Of a stretch of DNA of 64,000 bases, positions 1 to 13,044 are shown piece by piece. Origin of the DNA: Ginglymostoma cirratum (Eukaryota); the NCBI GenBank assembly GCA_024137785.1, contig JAHRHZ010000032.1, forward strand, positions 14,556,400 through 14,620,399. The letters run 5' to 3'. The position numbers and the translations under genes are program-made. The stretch's first letter is position 1. Every line of letters begins with the position of its first letter. Under the pieces are notes generated by a model, which saw nothing but the letters and a program-made list of their open reading frames with translations, was not told the DNA's origin and ran no database searches.

Positions 1-250
1 CTAAGGCTGTGCCCTCAGGTCCTAGCCTCTCCTACCAATGGAAGCAGCTTCCCAACACCCACATTGTCCAGGCCATTGAGTAAGTTTCAATTAGATCCCC
101 CCTCATCCTTCTAAACTCCAATGAATATAGTCCCAGAGTCCTTAAACGTTTCTCATACATTAAGCTTTTCATTCCTGAGACTATTCTCGCGAACCCCCTC
201 TGAACCCGCTCCAAGGCCAGTATATCCTTCCTGAGATATGGGGCCAAAAA
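1..250 (-). mobile_element. CR1 LINE RT C-terminal fragment
   Basis: ORF 32..247 reads LERVQRGFARIVSGMKSLMYEKRLRTLGLYSLEFRRMRGDLIE, a typical CR1 ORF2 C-terminus. Confidence 0.9.
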
Positions 251-339
251 CTACAAATTGGGTGATATTGTAAGCTTTTCACTTCTCCTGTACTCTATTT
301 TACTTGAGTACACATGACTATAGATCTAATTCTAAGTTG

Positions 340-960
340 GTAACGAAGTCAAGTGGGATGCTTTTCTTCATTGGCAAGGTATTGAATACAAGAGCAACGA
401 TGCCATGCTGGAACATTATATAATATTGGTGTGCAGTTTTGTGTGCAGTTCTGGTCACCACATTGCAGGAAGAACTTAATTAGAGACAATGCAGCGGAAA
501 TTTATAAAATTGCTGTCAGAACAGGAAAATTGTAGTTATGTGGGAAGTTTGGATAGGCTAGGGTTGTTTCCCTTAGAATGGAAGAGGCTGAGGGGGTGGA
601 TTAATTGAGGAGTCCAGAAAAATGAAGAGCTTGCATAGAGTGGTCAGGGAAGATCTGTTGCCTGTAGTGGAGGGGTTAACTACCAGGGGGTACAGATTTA
701 AGGTAATTGGCTGAAATATTAAAGGGGACATTTGGAAAAACATTTTCATTGTGAGTTTGGCATATGTTTGGAATTTGCTGCCCAGTTTGATGCTTGAGGT
801 GGAAACTCTCAACTTATTTAAAAGAATCCTGGATCTGAACCTGATATGCTGAAATGTGAAAGGCAATGGACTAGGTGCTGGCAAGTTGGATTAGAATGAA
901 CAGATAGTTTATTCAGCTAGTACAGAAACAATAGGTCAAAAAGCCTCTTTGTGATGTAAC
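340..960 (+). mobile_element. Old CR1 LINE 3' fragment
   Basis: Degenerate CR1 C-terminal motifs (gtgcagttctggtcacca, ggaagaggctgagggg, tttaaggtaattgg); frameshifted. Confidence 0.75.
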
Positions 961-1574
961 TTTGCTTCTACATTCTACCTCCAACTCTTATTACTTCTGT
1001 GTTGTAAATGTTCTTACCAAGTTGTGTAGTCATATTGGTTAGGCAAATGATATTCTCCCACCACTGAGAATATACATCTATACACAGGTATTGACATACA
1101 CTATGTTAATGACCTCACTATTCACATAGACAATGGTAAATGGGCTCCAAAAATAGATAATGATAATATTTCATTTCTATGGTTCTCAACCTGGTGTAAA
1201 ATTGAAATGTAAGAAAAAAAGATCTTTCTTTTAACACCTAAATTAGAAAGGTTACTTTTTGACAAATCAGTGAATTGCAAACACAATCAGATGACTTCTT
1301 AGATTCAGGTAATTTAATTTGTCATAATTATGCATTATTAGTGCCAATTCTAACAACATGTAGAGATTAGGAGCACTCTTTACAAAAGCTTAAGCTTTGT
1401 CTGCTTATTTGCCATGCCCAACAGATTCCTTTTTCATCCAGTTTTACCTGATTGCTGGGGTGACTTCTTTCGGTATTACATTGTTATGATCCCAGCTGCT
1501 GATTAATGGACAGTTCAGATTTCAGACTGAAATTTGGCTTGAAGGGTCATATTGCTTTTCTAAAAAAAAATTAA

Positions 1575-2630
1575 TAAGGTCTTCTTGGTGGAGGGTTGCT
1601 TTTCAGATAGGAGGCCTGTGACCAGTGGTGTGCCACAAGGATCGGTGCTGGGTCCACTGGTTTTTGTTATTTATATAAATGATTTTGATGTGATCATAGG
1701 AGGTATGGTTAGTAAGTTTGCAGATGACAGCAAACTTGGAGGTGTAGTGAATAGTGAAGAGGTTACCTCAGGGTATAATGGGATCATGATCAGATGGGCA
1801 TATGGGCCTAGGAGTGGCAGATGGAGTTTAATTTAGATAAATGTGAGGTGCTGCATGTTGGAAAGGCAAATCAGGGCAGGACTTGTACACTTAATGGTAC
1901 ACTGAGGCATGTTCCTGAACAAAGAGACCTTGGAATGCAGGTTCATAATCCTTGAAAGTGGAGTCACAGGTTGACTGAATAATGAAGAAGGCATTCGGTA
2001 CGCTTGCCTTTACTGGTCAATGCATTGACTATAGGAGTTGGGAAGTCATGTTGCAGCTGTAGAGTACATTGGTTAGGCCACTATTGGAATACTGCATGCA
2101 ATTCTGGTCTCCCTGCCATAAGAAGGATGTTGGGAAACTTGAAAGGGCTCAGAAAAGATTTACAAGGATGTTGCCAGGGGTAGAGGGTTTGAGCTATAGG
2201 GAGAGGCTGATTAGGTTGGGGCTACTTTCCCTGGAGCGTCAGAGGCTGAGGGGTGAACTTATAGAGGTTTATACAATCATGGGGAGCATGGATAGGGTGA
2301 ATAGCCAAGCTCTTTTCCCCAGGGTATGGGAGTCCAAAACTACAGGGCATGGGTTTAAGTGAGAAGGGAAAGATTTAAAAGGCACCTAAGGGGCAACATT
2401 TTCCACACAGAGGATGGTGTGTCTGTGAAATGAGCTCCAAGAGGAAGTGGTGGAGGCTAGTACAATTACAACATTTAAAGGGCATCTGGATGGGTATATG
2501 AATAGGAAGGGTTTAGAGGGATATGGACCAAATGCTGACAAATGGGACTAGATTTATTTAGGATATCTGGTTGGCATGGACATGTTGGACTGAAGGTCTG
2601 TTTCCATGCCAAACAGCTCTATGACTCCAT
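1575..2630 (+). mobile_element. 5'-truncated CR1 LINE, RT core through 3' tail
   Basis: SGVPQGSVLGP and KFADDSK (ORF 1585..1836), VRPLLEYCMQFWSP...LRGELIEVY (2069..2362), ctctatgact tail; frameshifts. Confidence 0.95.
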
Positions 2631-2779
2631 AAAACACAAACATGCAATGCTGCAGATTTTGGTTTAACTTTATTATGCAAAACAAATAGTAAAATAGAAT
2701 GAAAGATAGATCAGAGCACTTTCTAGAGTTCAAGTGCATAAACTTAATGTCACGATCAGGTGAAGAAAATAATCAAGGT

Positions 2780-3360
2780 AACTGATAGAATGCTGTACTT
2801 TATATCTAGAGGACAGGAGTATAAAGGATGCAGAAGCTATGGTTAGACCCCACTTGGAGTACTATGAGTAGATTTCGGCACCAGGAAGGATATATTAGTT
2901 TTGGAGGGAGTACCATGTAAGTTTACCAGAATAATACCTGAACTCAAGGTTAAGAGGAGAGATCATACAAATGAGGCCTGCTTTCTCCAGAATTTAGTGG
3001 TTCAAGGGGTGATCTCAAAGTCTTCAAGGTATTACCGGGAAAGGAAGAGTCAATTAAGATAATTTATTTCTACTGGTTGGTGATTGTAGAATTAAGGGGC
3101 ATGTCTGAGAATTAAGGCCAGACTATTTAGGAAAGATGTTGGGAAGCACTTAATAAAAGTTTGGAACATTTTTTCCACAAATGGCAGTGCAAGCTGGATC
3201 AGTTGTTCATTTTAAATCTGAGATAGAAAATTTTTTGATAAGCAAAGTTATAAAGGGATATGGGCCAAAGTCAGGAACATAGGCCATAGATCAGACATGA
3301 TCTCATTGAATGATGGAACAGACTCGAGGGGTTGAATGACCTACTCCTGTTCCTTTGTTT
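2780..3360 (+). mobile_element. Old CR1 LINE 3' fragment
   Basis: ggttagaccccacttggagtact motif and 3' UTR gactcgaggggttgaatgacctactcctgttcct. Confidence 0.75.
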
Positions 3361-4069
3361 GTAGAATAAACCAAGCTATTTACCTGTAATATTAATGTGA
3401 AAATTTTGAAACAAGTATTAAAATACAATCCCATCAATCCCAAGAACACTCCTTTTCAGTATTCACACCAGAGAAAATTCCCTGCTATTTCAGAACTATA
3501 GGCCGTAATTTAATTGTGGCTTCAATGTCATATTTTGAGGATCTGTTAGCTTCCCCATAGAGTTTTCATACGACTGAGCGTAGATGTTATCAACTCTTTT
3601 TGGTTTTAACTAAATTCTTCTGATCTGGAAGTTCGAAGCTTAACTCTTTTTGCTCAGGTAACATGTTTTTCAACAGTCCTAAACTCTCTCTCTTTCCTAG
3701 GTGCAACTCTATTACACATTCAGGTTCAGCCCAGACTTCTGAAAACTACCTAAACTGAAGCTAAATAGCTATGGGTGTTTCCTCTAAACTCAAAAAATCC
3801 AAAACTTTCTGTCTGAAAGCCTGATACACTACATTGTTTACGTTGTTCACTCATTAACTCTCCTAATGTAAATAAAATCTCATTAATCTTCAGAAGTCTC
3901 TTTCTCTAAAACTATGATTTATAATAAATCATCATGGCTTCAGAAATGAATACAAGTTAGTCATTAAACTTCCTCAGGCACACTAAACCATATGCCACTA
4001 GTTAAAAATGGAGACATGCAAAATAAATGATATTAAATATATATAAATCACACACCTTAAATCACAGCG

Positions 4070-5650
4070 TACATACAGGCTGAGGAATTAGGATCGGGAG
4101 AAGTCATTCAGTTCCTCAAGCCACCTCCACCATTCGATCAAATCATGGTTGATCTGGTTGTGTCCTCAATCCTGATTTCCTGCATGCACTGGATCCTGTT
4201 TGACACCCACGTTAGTCAAGAGACTAACACTATCTTAATTTTTTAAATAAATTATCCTGTCTGTACTTTTCTTGGGGAAAGAGTTCCACAGACTTGTGAC
4301 CCTCTGAGAAAGCACATTTTTCCTCAACTCTATCTTAAATGGGAACCCTGTTATTTTTTTTAACCGTGTTCCTTCATTCTGGTCTCCCTCACAAGGAGAA
4401 ACATCTTTTCACCATCTAACCTATCAAGTAACGTCCTAACTTGGAACTATATCACCTTTTCTTCACTGTAGTTGAGCTTTGGAACTCCCTCTCAATAAGC
4501 CCTATGTCCTCTATACACCCTAAGGACAACCCACCACCATCTTCCCCAGGGAAATTAGAATGAGCAATAAATGCTGGGCTACCAGCAGTGCCTATATTGC
4601 ATAAACAAACAATGAAAAGCATGACAAAGCTGTACACAAGACTTTAGATGAGGTCTCTCCAATGTCTGACACAATTGTTGCAAAATGTATCTACTTTTAC
4701 ATTCCATTCCCTTTGCAATAAATGACAGCATTCAATTTGGCTTCCACTTGTTGCACCTGTATACTAACATTGTGATTTGTGTACCAGGACACTCAAATCT
4801 CTCTGTACCTCAAAGTTCTACAATCCCACTGTATTTAAACACTTTAACATTTACTATTTTATGCTTTCTGAAAAAGTGGACAAGTCCCACATTTTCCTAT
4901 TATTGCATTCCAACTGCCAATTTTTTGCACATTCATTTATCTATTGATATCCTTCTGCAGATTCCTTATGTCTTGTTCAGAACGTACTTTCTCACTTGTG
5001 CTTGTGTCATCAGCAAATTTTGCATTTGTACATTTGGTTCTGACATACAAGTCATTAATGTAGATTGTAAATATTTGTGGCCCCAGCAGTGATCCCTGTG
5101 GCTCTCTACTCATTATTACTAGCAAATGTGAAAAACAACAATTTGTGCCTATTTTCTGTTTGTTGTTAACTAGCTAATCCTCTCTCCATGCTATTATAGT
5201 ATTCCCTACATCATGAGCTTTTATTTTGAGATGGCACCTCATCAAATGTCTTCTGGAAATCTAAGTTCATCACACCAACTAGTTCTTCTTTATCCAAATT
5301 ATCAAAGAAATCTAATGAATGAGCGAATCACAATTACTCTTTAATTTGATCATGATGACTACCTAATTGTATGGAGATTTTCTAAGTGCCTGTTATAGCA
5401 TAATTAATAATATATTCCAGCAATTTCCTCATGACATAATCTGCCTTCCTATTTTTGCTACCAAACTGAATAACCTCACACTTACCTACATGAAGCTGCA
5501 TCTGCCATGCATTTGCCCACTCACTCAGCCTATCCAAGTCACACTGCAACATCTCTGCATCCTTTGCACAGCTCACCTTCCCAGCAAGCTTTGTGTCATG
5601 TGCAGTATTGAGAAGTTAGATTTAGTTCCCTCATCTAAACTGCTCACTGG
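4070..5650 (-). mobile_element. Mosaic of degraded CR1 fragments with a short SINE/LINE tail at ~4545-4610
   Basis: PQGSLLGPQIFTIYINDL...KFADDT (4937..5125), DLDRLSEWANAWQMQLHVGKC (5382..5576). Confidence 0.8.
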
Positions 5651-5691
5651 GGTGTTCAAATCAAGACTTTTTTTATCACTATATATAGTAA

Positions 5692-6030
5692 CAGGGGGAG
5701 GTGATGGCCTAATGGTGTTATTGGTGGACCGTTAATCCAGAGACTTAGATAATGTTTGAATCCTACCATGGCAGATGATGGAATTTGAATTCAGTGACTA
5801 TCTGGAATTATCAGTCTAATGATGACCACGAATCCATTGTTGATTGTCGGAAAAACCCATCTGGTTCACTAATGTCCTTTAGGGAAGGAAACTGCCATTC
5901 TTACCTGGTCTTGCCTACTTGTGACACCAGATCCACAGCAACGTGGTTGACTCTTAACTGCCCTCTGGGCAATTAAGGATGGGCAATAAATACTGCCTAG
6001 CCAGTGATGCTCTCCTCCCGTGAATGAATA
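5692..6030 (+). mobile_element. tRNA-derived SINE with a tail shared with the L2/Crack-like LINE
   Basis: tRNA-like head tggcctaatgg...tttgaatcc; tail gggcaattaaggatgggcaataaatactgcctagccagtgatgc; other copies at 48668 and 51885. Confidence 0.8.
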
Positions 6031-7609
6031 AAGGAAGAAAAAACAGAAAATGATATATTATTTGAATTAAAGTCCTCCTACTATGATATACAAAACACAA
6101 TCTGCGTATGTCTTGTGTGATGGTGGTGGTGTTACAACAGTTACAGATTATCTAGTAGTTTAGAAACCAAGGGATTGTACAAAAAACAATATACACCCTG
6201 CACTTATATCATGATTACACAGTCTGAATCACTCACTGCACAGTACCATCCACTGCAATAATTATTGTAATTTCATTGCCCCCTTCAATTACACTGATTG
6301 AATTCATGTTATCAGTGAAAATGAAGGACTCATTGAACTGATAAGTAACTGTAGAAATACTTCTGGTGACTGCCACTATATCTTTCAACATCACCAATAA
6401 CATGGGGAAAAATCACTTGGGTTTAATTCTATTGATAATATATTCTAGCAAGATTTCACTGTTGAGATTGATAATATTTTGCAACATTTTTGCAAAATTT
6501 CTACAAGTATTCTGTTGTGGGTACCTGACACTCAAAATCTATAACTTCACCACAAAAGTAAAAGCAAGCATGTGGACCCCTAAACTGATGGGGTGGTGGG
6601 AAGGATGCAAGGTCTTTTGTTTGCAAGAGAAGAATCCAACAGTGTTCGAGTGTTGCCAATTCTACCTGTCTCATTGGCAAGGATCCATTAAACAATTACG
6701 TCTAATCTCTTCAGACATCTATCCAGATTGGGAGTTTGCACTTTACACAGGAGCAGCTGGAGAGCTATGGGGTTAATGACATAGCAGTAAAATGCAGGGA
6801 GATGGCTTCTGGCCACAGTCGATGTATGAAACAGAGAGCAACATTAGGCTGTGATTGGGCCAAATTGCAAACCCTATCTGGGCTTCTTTTGACCCAGCCA
6901 CTGTACTCTCCAGACAACACCCAACACAGGAGTTTCCTTGCGTTGAGTTAAAAAATTAAGAAGTCACACTGCTGATGACATCATCAAACACAATGATTGC
7001 ATGTTCAACCAGACCCTGCTTGTCTCATTATTGGTTAAAATCATGAATTAATATATTAATCTATCAAAGTGGTAAGTGTGGCAAATGTTTTAAAAACCAA
7101 CTAATCAAATCAGCTGACAATCCCCAATTGATGTACCTCTTCATTTCAAACAGAATACCAGCATTCACACAGGTATGTTCTGTATCGTGTGCATCCAGTC
7201 AACTAGAGATTAATATTGAATTTTAGATTGCAATTATTCGTGATGGATAAAACAATGAGTACGGATAAACATAAACAGAGTAAAAGCTGCTGATTGGATG
7301 CCCCACAGAATGGACCAAAATCACAATTATAGAGATAGAAAGAAAAAGAAATACAGAGCTAGAGAAAAAGGAGAAATCAATTCTTAAATTTGTTATGAAA
7401 GTCAGGTCTATGTATGAAATTAAAGGAGTAAAAATGATGTTAGATTACTGCAAGAGTTTATTACAAGCTGGTTCACTTGTCTATAGTTGAAAGCATTATG
7501 CAACATATCATTTGATAAAAGAATAGAGTAAAATTACTTTCTGAAAAATGAATCTGAATAACATACATGACAAAGACGTGATAGTGAATCAATTAGATTT
7601 TTCTTTTAT

Positions 7610-7900
7610 ATCATTTATGGGATGTGATCATTACTAGATGGCCCAGCATTTATTGCCAATTCCTATTTGCCCTTGAGAAGGTGATAGTGAGCAGCCTTCT
7701 GCAATCCATAGGGGATGTGTACACCACAATGCTGTTAAGAAGGGGGCTTCTGGAGTTTGATCCAGCAACAATGAAGAAACATCAAGGAAGTTCCAAGTCA
7801 GGATGGTGTGGAGCTTAGACGGGAATGTGCAGGTGGTAGTGTTCCTGTGTATTTGTTGCCCTAGTCTATCCGGGGGTACACATTTCCTGGTTTAGAATGT
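7610..7900 (-). mobile_element. L2/Crack-like LINE 3' end
   Basis: Same sequence family as 25780-26190 (gcccttgagaaggtg, ccaagtcaggatggtgtg). Confidence 0.75.
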
Positions 7901-8379
7901 ACTATCAAAAGACTCTCAAAATAAATTCTTAGTGTAATCCATGCAGTTGGACATGGTCAGTAAGCCACATGTGCATGACTAATTCAAGATCCTCCCCTCA
8001 TCAGGAATGAGGAGTTGAATGTTGGACAGACCACCACCCTTCTTGTCTCTTTCTGTCTATTATAGGCTGTTTATGACTTGGAATGGGAGATAAGAGATGA
8101 ACATGGGTCATACAGCTGTTATTTTTGGTGCAGCTGGAGAGGTTCCTGATGGAGTGAGTAGGCAGCGCACTACTGTGCGCCAGTGATTGGGGTGGGTGAG
8201 ACTAAGTAAGGGAAGATTTTGCAGGTGATATTGAGGTTTGCTGAACATTGAACCAATGACCCTCCTTCAGAACTGAAAGTTCTACGCATTTCCATTGGCA
8301 GACTGGGAAAGATCATTGACCTTCTTCCCACATGGCTGGGCATTCCCCCAGATGGCTAAAACTGCACTTAGCTTGGTAT

Positions 8380-10705
8380 TTTCTGGTGTCAAAGATTCAT
8401 GCAGCATGGAAACAAATGCTTCAATCCAATCAGTCAATGCCGGCCACAATCCCAAACTAAACTATTCCTGCCTGCCTGTTCTTGGCCCATATCCCGCCAA
8501 ACATTTCTTATTCATGTACTTATCTGAATGTCTTTTAAACATTGTAACTGTATTCACATCCACCACTTCCCCGGAGGTTCATTCCACATAAGAACCACTC
8601 TCTGCATTAAAATATTGCACCCCACCTTGTCTTTTTAAAATCCTTCTCCTCTCACCTTAAAAAAATGCTCTTCATTCTTGAAATCCCCCACCCTAGCATG
8701 CCATTCATGCTATCTATACACCTCATCACTTTATATGCCTCAATAAGGTCACCTCTCAACTTCCTACGCTCTAGTGAAATTTGCCCCAGCCTATACGGCC
8801 TCTCCTTGTAACTCAAACCCTCCATTCCCAGCAACATCCTGAAAAATCCCTTCTGAACCCTCTCCAGCTTAATAATATTGTTCCTATAGCAGGGAGGACA
8901 GAACTGGACACTGTACTCCAGAAGAAGCCTCACCAACGTCCTGTATAGCCTCAACACAACATGACAACTCCGATACTCAAAGGTCTGAGCAATGAAGACA
9001 AGCATGCTGAATGCCTTCTTAACCATCCTATCTATATTTGATGCAAACTTCAAACTTCTATTCTACAACACTGCCCAAGCCCCTACCTTTAATTGTATGT
9101 CATGTTTTTATTTGTTTTAGCAACATGCAATACCTTACATTTATCCAAATTAAACTCCATCTGCCACTCTTCAGCCCATTGACCCAGTTGATCAAGAGAG
9201 AACATAGAACATTGAACTATACAGCACAATTTTGCACTGAACATGACAGCAAATTAAACCAATCCCTTCTGCCTGCCTTTGGTCCATATCCCTCCTTTTC
9301 TTGCATATTCATACACTTATCTAAAAGTCCTTTAAACACATCATCACATCTGCCTCCACCATTCCACTTGGTAGCACATTCCAGCCTCCTACTACTCTGT
9401 GTAAAATCTTTGCCCCTCACATCTCCTTTGAACTTTTCCCCATCGCCTTAAATGCATGCCCCCTAGTTTTAAACATTTCAACTCTGGGAAAAAGATTCTG
9501 ACCGTCAACCTATCTATGCATCTCATAGTTATTTAGACTGCTAGCAAGTCTACCCATAGCCACCACCACTGCAGAGAATACAACCTGAGTTTTTCTAGCC
9601 TCTTCTTATAGCTCACACCCTCTAATTCAGGCAGCACCCTGGTAAACCTCTTCTGCACCCTCTTCAAAATGTCCACATCTTTCCTGTAATATGGCAACCA
9701 GAATTGAATGCAGTACTCTACACGTGGACTAACTAAAGTCTTAGAAAGCTGCAACATGACATCCTGACTCTTGTACTCAATTCCATGACTGATAAAGGCA
9801 AGCATGCCATATGCTTTCTTTACCACCCTTTCAACTTGTGTGGCCACTTTCAGGGAGCAATGGACTTGAACCTCAAAATTCCTCTGTACATCAATGCTGT
9901 TCAGAGTCCTGCCATTAACTGTATACTTTTTCCTAACATTTGATCTCCCAAAGAGCAGCACGTCACACTTAGCAGGATTAAACTCCATCTGCAATTTCTC
10001 CACCCATATCTGCAACTGATCTAAATCTGGCTGTACCCTTTGACAACCTTCTACACTACCCACAACTCCATCGATCTTTGTATCATCTGCAAACTTACGA
10101 ACCCACCCATCTCTTTGTAATCTTAGATAACCTTCTTCACTATTCACTATAATCTTGGTGTCATCTTCAAACTTACTAACGATGCCATCCAAACTCTCAT
10201 CTAAGTTATTTATATAAATGACAAACAAAGTGGATCTAATACTGTTCTCTGTGGAACACCGATAGTCACAGGTATCCATGCCAAAAACCAACACTCCACC
10301 ATCACTCTTTCTCTCTTGCCTTTAAGCCAATTTTGAATCCAGTTGGCAAACTCATCCTGAATCCCATGTGATCTAACTTTACTAATTACTGTATCATGCA
10401 GACCCTTGCCAAAGGCTTTGCTAAAGTCCCAAGTAAACTACGTCTACCGCTCTGCCCTCAACCTTCTTGGTTACTTCCTCAAAAAACTCAGTCAAGTTTA
10501 TGAGATACGATTTCTCTTGCGCAAAACTGCGCTGACTATCCTTAGTCATTCCTTGACTCACCAAATGCATATAAATCTTATCCGTCAGAAACACTTCCAA
10601 CAACATATCCACCACCAAAATCAGACTCACAGGTCTTTAGTTCCCAGACTTTTTCTTACATCCTTTCTTAAACAAAGGCACAACGTTACCCACTCTCCAG
10701 TCATT
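8380..10705 (-). mobile_element. CR1 LINE (outer), interrupted by a second CR1 at 9197-10108
   Basis: NLTEFFEEVTKKVEGRAVDVVYL (10421..10630); joining 10109 to 9196 restores LQRD-LDQLGQWAEEWQ; C-terminus in ORF 8652..9053. Confidence 0.9.
9197..10108 (-). mobile_element. CR1 LINE (inner, 5'-truncated)
   Basis: KFADDTKIDGVVG...LEKLRLYSL in ORF 9533..10294; own 3' tail near 9200. Confidence 0.9.
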
Positions 10706-11099
10706 TGAATCTAAAATCTAAAGAGATGCCAATCCATTCCATGATCTCCCAGTGTGGAGACTTGTTCTGGGTGTGGCATGTGTTACAGTGGATCTAGAAT
10801 TGAATGAAACAAGTACCATAGGGGTGTGGTAGGTAGTTAATAAGCCAAATTTGGTAAGATGTGATCAGAAGATCTTTTGGGATTCAGACAATAACTCTGA
10901 ATGAAACTTGACAAAACTATGAGTCAGGAAAATGTAAGATTTAGCCTTAGGTTTTTAATTGTAGTTTTTAACAGAAGTGGAAGTCTCTGAATTCTCTGAT
11001 GTTAAAGTATTTTTTTTTGGAGAATTATGGCCGCAGGGGAACTACCCATTGGAATTTTCAGTTTCCCAGGAAAATATCCCATGAGTCAGGACCTCTGCA

Positions 11100-11450
11100 G
11101 ATTCTTAAGACACAACTCCGGTCTGTGCTTTCCAAATGCTATGTGGCCATTAGAATATCTGGGCTTTAGACTCATGGAGTCTGCTCTGCCATTTGATCTA
11201 ATCATGGCTCCATATTCAGCTTTCTCCCCTTACACTTTGATGCCTTTCGAATCTGGAAATCTGTTTCTTTCATAAACATATTCAGTGACTTGGCCTTCAC
11301 AGCATTCTGTTATCAAGAGTTTCACAAGTTCACCATCCTCTGAATAAGGAAATAGCTTATCAACTCAGTACTAAGTGACCTAATCTGTATCTTGAGATTG
11401 TGAACCCTTTTTCTAGAACACACTAGCAGGGGAACACATCCCTGACCCAA
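11100..11450 (-). mobile_element. Old CR1 3' end
   Basis: Reverse-complement CR1 3' UTR-like motifs (ctgctctgccatttgat, gtgacttggccttcacagc). Confidence 0.6.
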
Positions 11451-12054
11451 TCTGTAGGGGTCCTGAGTCAGGTTTGTACACACCAACAGCTTTTCCTTCT
11501 TTTCTTTTTTCTCTTTTCTTCTAGCCTTTTTCTTCCTTTTTCCTTTACTTACCTCTTGCCTTGAGCTCAGACAGCCTCAGTCGCAGTGAGGGATCCCAGC
11601 TCAGACTTGTGGCAGTGAGCCCAGAGTGGACTCCAATGAGCCTTTACTTCATTTTCTGTGGTGAGCTCAGGACTTGGCATCAGAATCGGTGGCTGCTGTA
11701 TCAGTGGAGGTGACATAGGCGAGGTAGGCCTAGTGACAAAAGATAGCGCCTGAGGATCAGTGACTTTGTCATCAGTTGGGTCCAACACTGATGGAAGGGC
11801 ATCACAGCAACATCAATGAGGTGGACCCGGTGGTGAGAGATGTGACTCTGATGTTGGTGGGACCAGCGCAGCAATAAAAGATATGCCTGATGACTGATGA
11901 CATCAATATTGTTTGGGTCTGGTGTAGAAAGTGGTGAAGTGGTGCAAGAGAGATGGTGGCATAGCAGCCATTGATGATGAACTGGCTCAGGACTGATGTA
12001 ATTCTCTTTAAGCGGTATCTTTTCTTTTCTTACTGTTAAAAAGTTCAAAATAGT

Positions 12055-12930
12055 TTAAGCATCCAATCTTTCCATCACTGACGCTCATTAACAACAATGT
12101 GTACTGTCCACAAGATGCACTGGAGAAATTCACCCAGGATTCTCAGACAGCACCTTCCAAATCTGTGACCACTTCCATCTAGAAGGATAAGGGCAGCAGC
12201 TACATGGGAACACCATCACCCTCAAGTTCCTCTTCAGGCTGCTCACCCTCCTGACTTGGAAATAAATCACTATATATATATGTCACTGTCACTGAGTCAA
12301 AATCCTGGAATTCCCTCCCGAAAGGCATTGTGGGTCAACCCACAGCGGGTGGACTACTAGCTATGAAGAGAAGTTGAGTCTAGCTATGAAGAGAGGTTGA
12401 GTAGATTAGGATTATTTACATTAGAAAGACGGAGGTTGAGGGGGGACCTGATTGAGGTCTGCAAAATCATGAGAGGTATAGACAGAGTAGATAGCAAGAA
12501 GCTTTTTCCCAGAGTGGGGTACTCAATTACGAGGGGTCACGATTTCAAGGTAAGAGGGGAAAAGTTTAAGGGAGATATGCGTGGAAAGTTCTTTATGCAG
12601 AGGGTGGTGGGTGCCTGGAACGCATTGCCAGCGGAGGTGGTAGAGGTGGGCACGATAGCATCATTTACAATGTATCTAGACAGATACATGAATAGGTAGG
12701 GAGCAGAGGGATACAGATCCTTGGAAAATAGGCAACAGGTTTAGATAGAGGATCTGGATCGGCACAGGCTTGGAGGGCCGAAGGGCCTGTTCCTGTGCTG
12801 TAATTTTATTTGTTCTTTGCTTGTTCTGTTCATGAAGGCAGCTCACCACCACCTTCTGAAGGGCAACCAGGGTGGACAATAAATGCTGGCCAATGAACAA
12901 TGTCCACATCCCACGACTGAATTTTAAAAA
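12055..12930 (+). mobile_element. L2/Crack-like LINE 3' end, interrupted by CR1
   Basis: caagatgcactggagaaattcac...ggact | gttcatgaaggcagctcaccaccacc; colinear with the uninterrupted copy at 16200-16565. Confidence 0.85.
12357..12826 (+). mobile_element. Young 5'-truncated CR1 LINE
   Basis: Open ORF 12397..12699 LGLFTLERRRLRGDLIEV...RVVGAWNALP; 3' UTR and ttgttct tail. Confidence 0.95.
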
Positions 12931-13044
12931 TCCACTGAATCATGGTGACAGTTGAAAAGCTTTTCACTATATTTTACCGTTTTTCCTCAATGTAAAATAC
13001 ACATGACAATAAAATCATTCATCATAATCCTCTGCTTTGGAGGG

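Larger units (their letters stand above)
11455..13020 (+). mobile_element. Non-LTR/SINE-like repeat split by nested insertions (11455-12053 and ~12932-13020)
   Basis: Pyrimidine-rich head, GC-richer body and tail cttttcactatatttt...acacatgacaataaaatcattc that resumes after the nested LINEs. Confidence 0.5.

Noticed and set aside
9533-10294. 253-aa ORF as a functional RT gene
   Set aside because: In-frame chimera of two nested truncated CR1 copies
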